64,000 nucleotides of DNA. It comes from Antedon mediterranea (Eukaryota; Animalia; Echinodermata). Position 1 is the stretch's first letter. Each line of letters begins with the position of its first letter. The stretch is taken from the NCBI RefSeq assembly GCF_964355755.1, contig NC_092677.1, forward strand, positions 16,142,101-16,206,100. Reading direction: 5' to 3'. The notes beneath the pieces were generated by a model that was not told where the DNA came from, ran no database searches, and worked only from the letters and a program-made list of their open reading frames with translations. The translations under genes and the position numbers were made by a program. This document shows positions 26,401-35,400 of the stretch, piece after piece.

Positions 26401-29400
26401 GGAACTATAATCCATAGCCTTGTGGTTTGAGGTTTGAGGCTCTCTCGCTTCATGGTGCTGGTGGTAGAACAGGTTTTCTTGGATACAAACTATCTGTAGG
26501 TCTAGTGTACACACATTGCTTATGAGACGAGTAGGGTTAACCCTTATAAACGGCCACTCTTGTGGACAGAAGCAATAGCGCCATAGTTGGCAGCACCGAC
26601 ATAACATTAGGGGAGACTAAGCCTGTATTTGAAAAGTGTACAACGACGACACTATTTGTGGCATGAGCTACATAAAGATTAACATTAGAACTAAGTCTTT
26701 TTTTAATATAAGTACTTTAAACTTGAGGTCCAGTGAGAGGTCTGATTCGTGTGCACCCAGTGCATCTTTCAGAAGGGTAGAGGTACCCTGGTGTACTGTT
26801 CCACCAGGAACAGAAAAATGAGATATAGGCCTATGGTTGCAGGCCAATGAGATATATAAATGTATGATCCTTGCTTTACAATACATTGCTAACTGTATGT
26901 ATGTTAAATAGTTTTGCTTTTATATTATTAGAAAAGATTGAAATGTCCAAATTATGGCTTCTCTCTCATTTCTTTGATTTGATTTATTTGCATTTCATTA
27001 AAAACATAATCAATTTTTGATACAAGATATATCATGACAATTTCTCAAAATGTATTAATTAGGTAATTTTGTATTTCTAGCTGGATGGATGGTATTACTT
27101 GACCGTATCCCAGCTTCCCCAGTTCATGTTTACAATCTTAGACACCTGACAAGCTACAGGTTCATCGTACGGGCAGCGAACGTTCAAGGGTTCGGTAAGC
27201 CCAGTGAAGTATCTCAACCCATTGCGACATTAGGTACGTAGATCGTTATTAATTCATTTTTATTCTAATCGGTATAGAAGAAGATTGTATTGAATTTTGT
27301 TAAACCATTTAGGACATTAGTGTACTTGACACAAGTCAAGCTACTGAAATTTCAAAAATATTTTATATAATAATATTTTAAGTTTAATTTTAAGAAATAC
27401 TGAAGTATAGTCTCAGAAATAACATGTTTCACAGGAAAATGTCTCCTTAATAAGGGTGTCCATTATATAGGCATGTACAGAAGATGATATAAAGTTTGTG
27501 GTACACCACGTATACAGGTATTAGATCTGAAAGAACTGTTGAGTTTCTCGACATTTCGAGAAGGAGCGAGAAGCATACTCAACAGTTCTTTTCAGAACTA
27601 ATATGTGGTGTAACTGCAAACTTTATATCAACATTTGATTTCGCTGTGCAACCTTCAAATAAAATTTATCTGCATTGGTAATGTGCCTATTTATAAACAT
27701 AACAAATAGTTAAATTGTTTTCGTGTCTTCAGATTCACATGTTACACCTCAACCGAGAGTTACCCTTCCTATTAGCCCTCAAATGAAGTTAAACATGGCC
27801 GGAGTGAGCATAGTAGAAGTGCAAGTCCTTAGTTCAACAGCTGTAAAGCTGATTTGGCAGGTAAAGAAAAGTTCATTTCATTTAATCTTGAATGCTTTTA
27901 AATGTTAAAAGTGAAATTGTATTCACACCACTGTAACTGTAACTATATTTTCCAATATGCACAGTTCTCATCATCAATACTCAGTTTTCATACATCAGAG
28001 CCACACACACATAATTGGTGGTGCATTCATACAGTAATATCATTGGGATATCCTTTGAACAATAAAATAATACTTTGGTATATAGAAAGAGGTTACAAAA
28101 TGAATTTTGGGATGTATTGGTACAGTTTCTCCAACCCAAGTCCAAGTTGAAAATTCTTCCAAATTATAAACAGAAATGATTTGTTAAAGTTAGTGCTTCT
28201 GTCATCTATAGTTGGTAGTTCAATAGTATTCACAATCAATAAGTACACTTATTACTTAAATATTTGATATGAAAACAATTATAAATTTGACACAGATTTG
28301 AATTACTATGGAAGTAAGTCAATAATTACACAATAGGGTCTGTTTATTGTAGAAGAACTGTACACTATTGTTTGTTTTCCTATTCAGAGAAAACCAATTT
28401 ACACATTGGAAAAGACCATAATTAATTAAATCACACTTGACAAATTGATATTAAACTAGTATAGAACAAACTCAATAGTAACACAATAGTGCCATGCTTA
28501 AACATACTAAAATTGGTATGTTTTGTGATTCTATAATAACACTGTTTATCAACACAATCAATATACAAACTACATTGGACAAGAACAACAATTAATATTA
28601 ATAAAACTTAATACAAATTATAATTAAACTATTAGAGTTAAGTCAATAATAGCACAATAGGACATGTTTAAATAATACTGAAATTGGTATTGTTTGTTTT
28701 TCACCTTGTCATATTCAGTTTATCTGCACAATCAATACACAAAGTGTAAATATTGGCCCAGACCTCGGTTAATTAAATCACACTTATGACAAATTTAAAT
28801 TAAACTATATTAGTATTAGAGATGTACTAAAATTAATCTGTTGTTTATTTAATAACACTCATATTCAGTTGCAATCATTACAAAGTGTAGTTAATGAAGA
28901 AGAAAAACCACTACTTACAACAAATTTAAATTAAAATGTTTTGTCAATATACTAACCTTAATGATCTTAAACAAGATTAATACTGTAATTCATTTGTACT
29001 AATGAGAAATAATGGTTTTACTCAATAAAATAATGGTTCATTAATTTATGTTGATCAAGGACTTTGTTTTTGTTGATGATTTGATTGGCATGTTATAATA
29101 AATATTGACAGAAATGTCAAGAACCATTGGCCTTTTTCGCAATGCTACACTGTTGTTTTTGTCATGTTTTATATATTAAATATTTTAAATGTTAATGAAA
29201 GTATTTCAATAAAAAGACAGCATAAATAAATATATATACAGTAATTAATTAAAAATTATTTCCCAACAAAAAATGTATAAGATAGAGAAATAAAACCAGA
29301 CCAAAAAGGTGATCAACACTACCGAACTTGAAAAAATGTGATGTGGCCAAATAATAATAGACATGATGATCATATCACTACCATATTTAGGCACTTCACA

Positions 29401-32400
29401 CTTTTTTTGTCAAACTAGTTTGATAATGTAGACAGAGCTTTAGAGTTCTGTACTGTTTTTATACACATTTTCACAAAAACAGGGGTTCCCCCCTCTCCCT
29501 CAGTCTTTTTCTCCATACCATTGTTAAATTTCACCAAATCGTCAAGTCAAAACATTGACTTTTCATGAAAAATTTATTTTCATTTAATAAATCTTTTGTT
29601 TAAAACTACTGTACTCATACATCACCTTGCTGTCGTCTTTAAAATGAAAATTGTTATTTTATTTCTGCAAGGCAGGTGGTAAAACAGTTTCAATCTTATC
29701 TAAACATATTTATCCGCTAATAAAACAATAATTGCATTGTAAGCTTTTGTCTTGAATGTAATTAGCCGAATTCTGATGGCTTTATCCCTAATCCATGTTT
29801 ATCTTTGATATCTATTTTTACTCCTCTTGGGAACTGTATTCATAACAATTTTTTTTGTAAAAAAATCAGCATTGGTTTGGTAGTGTTTTTTTCTTTAAAT
29901 TCTTTGCCTATATAATAATTGCCAACAAATCTATTTTTGCTTGACAGGTGGAACGTTATCAAGAATATATAGAGGGATTTTATATCAGTTATCGTAAAGT
30001 TGGTGTTCTAGAGCAGCAGGTTGTTGAAACCGTGCGTGACGTCAGCATGTTACTTATAACTGAACTTACACCAGCTACTCATTTCACTTTTACAATCAAG
30101 CCATTTCACCAGCAAGAAATCGGGCTTGAAACTCCCCCTTTTACTGTCAGTACTTTGAAACATGGTACGTTAATATTAATTTAAGTTTATGTGTTAAACA
30201 CAGTTTCTGCCTGGTTGCAGAAAACTCTTAAAGATGCCTATTGAAAAAAGTTATTTTTTAAAAAAGGACCAAAAATGATTCTTAAAATGTTCACTTTTTG
30301 AGATAAAAAGTTAAATATTTTCAAAGATTAATCTATTTTCATCCTCAAAGAGTAAAGTATTTGTAAGGTTTTCTTGAACATGTTGAACTAGTTCTGAATT
30401 TATAAAGGCATCTGATGAAATAATATGCTGCTTTCATGGCATTTATTGTCCAATATGAAATATTAGAAATTTGTAGTTTGAACTTACAGGTAAAATACAT
30501 AATTAGTACACAATCAGGAATTAAAATGTGTGGTGTCATTTTTACCGTTTATACACTTATTTATTTATAGGTGATGAATTGCCAAGAGAGATTGGTGGTG
30601 ACGATGTTCTCCAGGAGAAGTTGAATCAGTGTGAAATCAGGCTTAGGACTGTTGAACCTGTTAGTACAACAAGCTTCAAAGTCTTGTGGAGAGTGAGTTT
30701 TTGGAATTTAATCTATGTTACTATATTCACCCTTTTTTTCTTGAAGTAGATGAAGGTTAAGTTTCGGAAACAAAAGAAGTAGCTCTGCTGAAGGAGTAAA
30801 AACAAAATTAATTTAGTTCTTTAAGGCTCTATGTAGGTTAATATAAATATGCATTATATTCTGATCCTATACATATACTTTATATTTTTTGAAGTATCTT
30901 TTCTCCATAATGTTTTCATTTTCTCCCAAATGTTGACTTTTTCTTTCTAAATGTTATATCTTTCTTCCTAAAATGTTATCTTTTTCTCCCTAATGTTATC
31001 TTTTTCTTCCTAATGTTATCTTTTTCTTCCTAAGTTGTTATCTTTTTCTTCCTAAAATGTTATTTTTTCCTCCTAAAATGTTATCTGTTCTTCCTAAAAT
31101 GTTATCTTTTTCCTCCTAAAATGTTGTCTTTTTCTTCCTAAACTGTTGTCTTTTTCTTCCTAAACTGTTATTTTTTTTCCCTAAAATGTTATCTTTTTCT
31201 TCCTAAAATGTTGTCTTTTTCTTCCTAAACTGTTATTTTTTTTCCCTAAAATGTTATCTTTTTCTTTTCAACTTGGTCTTTTTCTTCACAATGTATTGTT
31301 CTCCCTAATGTTGACTTTTTCTTCCCAACTCTGTCTTTTTCTCCTTAATGTCAACTTATTTTCCCTAATGTTATCTTTTCTCCGTACTGTCATCTTATTT
31401 TTCCTAATGTTAAATTTTTCTCTCATTATTTCTTTGAGCCAGCACGTAACCTGTTGTGTAATCGTACCTCTAATGTAGTACATTACATTTTATGAATGAA
31501 AATAATCTTCTGCTACATGTACAAACCATCTATCAATAGCCCACGGCTTTGTTTTGTTAACGTTTTATTACATTAATTGTTTTATCTTCCTATAAAGCTT
31601 CAAAATGATGTTTGTAAAGATTACATTGATGGCTATCACATCAAGTATTACAAAGACAATAACAAGAACCCATACTATTTAAAGACGGTGAAGAAGTCAA
31701 GAATGGCGACCATACACAACTTGGATCCAGACTCAACATATCATGTTAGTGTTCTGCCATTTAACGGAAAGCAGCTGGGAAAAGGAAGTGACGTCAAAGA
31801 AGTTACTTTTATCAGCACTGGTATGTTGAATTCTATTTTTTAGTTGTCCATTCCTAAATTGTTTATATCTACCAAGCTATTTTCATTGTTTTCTACTCTT
31901 ACTCTCTCCACCCTCTATTCACCAGCATGTGCCTCCTTTGTTTTTATTTCTACAAGTCCACTCAGGCAGCAATTGTCTTCTTTATATTCTCAATTATGTC
32001 TAAGTACTTTCACTTGCAATGATCAAGTTTTGCACGAAAGCACTGCAAATTTGTCTGGCTGTGTACTTTATCGTTTTGATTTAGCTTTCTGCTTATTTTA
32101 TTTTGTATCTCCATTAAATTCTAGCCACTGATACAGCATTGTCATTTTTTCAGTAATTGCCTTTGATACATTATATATATATACTGTATATGATATAGTA
32201 GAACCCCAACAACCTGTGTCCCCTGCATGGGTTGGCCGTAGTGTTAAAACACATATTTCAATTTGTTTATTTATTTCACAGGAAATGTTCATAAGCTAAG
32301 TTCACACTAGAAAATAAAATGCTATATATCAATAAATGTCGAAGAAGAAGTTGCGATGTATGCAAAGCAGAAAATATGTGTAGAACGTCTCAGGCACCAT

Positions 32401-35400
32401 GCTAGTTCAGAAGAATATAGTTACCACTTGTGACACGCAATGTTATGTTCTTACAGCACGTTGTGTTGAGTGTACATTTTTGCGTTGCATCCTAGTGGGA
32501 ACTAAGTCTTAATAAGAATGTCTCCTAATAAGGGCTGTCTCATAAGAGATGTTCTGCTATATGCTAAAATCATGTGTTTTTTCCTTTCTGTATCACCACT
32601 TCAATATTGTTACTATATTTAATTAGGTATTGATCCTTGTCTATGCACTTTTTTATGAATGATGCAAATATTTATCGCATGGCTATTATAATTTTCTAGT
32701 AAATGCATGTGTCTTTATATACTTCTCATTAGGTTCCTTTACTTCTGCAGTGAATGAAAACACACCAGGCAGTCTGGATGGATTACCGATCGGTGTCCGT
32801 GTTCATGTGAAATCATCTGAAACCATCTCTGTTGAATGGAAACCTCCCGTCATCACTCACGACGTCATCGTTGACTACCTCGTCATGTGTTTAGGCAACA
32901 ACAGCATGTATCATCGTAATATTACAACAAAGAATAATTTGACATTTTATGTAACATTTACCGACTTGGAGCCCGGTATGACATACACGATACTCGTTGC
33001 TGCTCGAATGCGTGATCGCAGTGCAGCGACCCGTAACATGGTCAGGATTGGTCCACCAAGCACTGTTACCATACAACTAAGTAAGATCTACAGCACTGCT
33101 AAGTTATGAACATTTACTATTCATGTTCTGTTGATATACAGTTTGCAGTACACCAAGTATATTAGTTCTGAAAAGACTATCAGAAACAATGCTCTTCTAT
33201 AGCAAGTTTCCATTCACTATTGTTCATGAGAAACAATGCTTTGCTATAGCTAGTTTCAATCCCTCCCACTGTGTGAACTTGCCATTGTTTCTGGCTTTCA
33301 CACCCGTCCCACCCTTTCCACTTATATTCCAAGTTTCCTGGACTTTCTGCATTCTCACTCCGGAGGACGATCAAAGCATATTGATTGAAACGTTGAGAAC
33401 TCAACAGTTCTTTTCAGAACTAATATACGTGGTGTACCGCAAACTGTATATCATTTGATTTTGCCATGCAAACCTTCAAACAATATATATTCGTGTTCTG
33501 TCTATCGCATGCATGTTGTAACTAGCGAAGCATTATTTATTTTTGAGATCATACATATTAATACAGATATATCTGTGTACTGTCATGATGTTATGATGAC
33601 ATTAAATAAAGCCATGTATCTATAATCACATATATTTATTTTGCATTACCGGATGCAAAGATGATTTAATGTGGATTAATATAGGGATTATCTAGAATTT
33701 ACAAGGATTACTTTAGATTTGTTTTATTTTACTATCAGATTGTTTTGTATTATAGTACGGTATAGTTTCAATATTTTGTGTTGTGAAATGTTCTTAAAGG
33801 AAATGTTACATGTACAATATTATTATACTTGAATACCAGTATTCATAAAAACCCACTTTAAGACTGCCACCTTCCATCTTATTATATCAAGTTTCTTGTT
33901 AATCATTTTTAAATATCTTTGATTAAAATTATTTTCATTTCAGATCAAGATCCAGTAATTTTAAATAACAAAAGTGATGAGAGTCTTGTTACCTCACCTC
34001 TGTTCATTGGAATACTTGGAGGCGTCATTAGCATTCTGGCTATTGTTATTTTAACTTTCTGGTTTTTAAAACAAAAGAGGAAAAAGAAACAAGGAATGAA
34101 TTCCAAAGGTAAATAAAATTTCAGATCCGTTGAGAATTCATGTCTTGATCCGTACTTGTCCTTTCCATACTGTTTATTTATTTATTAATTCATTATGTAT
34201 TCTTTTTTATTATGTCCTATTCATTATCATTTCTTTTTTAAAGGCTTGCTCAACACAAGATGTTTTCTTTCTCTTTTAGGGAATCTGCCGTAAAACTCTG
34301 ATCATTATTTTATTGCATTTTACTTTATTATCTTCTATTTCAGAGTTTGTATAAATGTTATGAAACTAAACTCAACTGAATTAACTAAATTATGATTTTA
34401 AAATTATAATTACAAAATTACAAATTGTCCAATTATCAGCCTGGGTCAATGCATGAGGTCACAAAAAGACATAAGTTGAATATTTTAGTACAATTGAATG
34501 GTTTTATTAACATTAAACATGTTTGTATATTGCTAATCAAACTGAAGAATACATCTGTAATCTGTTTTTCCAAGCAGTAATTCAAAACATTAATGTTTAC
34601 TGAGAAATATGATTGATTAAAATATTATTGTCAGTTGTTTTACGTCATGTTTTGGCGATCAAAATTGTAAAATCTGAAATATATTGTACAATTTGAAGAG
34701 AAAGTTAGAAAAATATTCATGTTATGCGATTGGTGTGAAAATGAATTTGAGAATAAAACTATTATATATAGATTTAAAACATTAATGTTTACTCAGAAAT
34801 ATGATTGATTAAAATATTATTTTCAGTGGTTTTTACGTCATGCGATGGTGATGGAAATTGCAGCATTTATAAACCAGCCGTAAGTCAAGTTAGTTCAAAA
34901 GGTCAAGAAGGTCAATGGAACTCACACTCATGGCAGAGAACACAAGTTGATAATCAGGGTAAGAAAACATAGTTTATAACTGTAGTTAAAACATATCTAG
35001 ACAAATTTATCAATTTTCTATTAATTTAAAATTGTAAACACTTCAAATGTACATTTTTAACCATTTATTTTTCTAGAATATACTGTAAATACATATGGTT
35101 TCCACAGCAACTGTGACCACCCAGTTCCTCATGATTGTAGTGCGTCCAATACATGGTCATCGGCAGGTCATTCAACATTAGAAACATTTCACCGTCGTAT
35201 GCAAAAACCGTAAGTGATTTTTTACCTTTTAAAATCAATTTAACAAAAGAAAGTATGCATACAAAAATATTATTCTGTACTAGAATTTATAAGTACCAAT
35301 ATATAACATTCATGAGTTGGTCATGAATTCATGATCCACTTGCACTGTGCCAGGATATGTGCAGCACTAGCAACAATGTTTTTCACTAAAAATTAAAACG

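Noticed and set aside
34280-34289. Possible 10-nt robo micro-exon (ttttag|GGAATCTGCC|gtaaaa)
   Set aside because: It would shift the frame between two phase-1 junctions, and the donor is weak.
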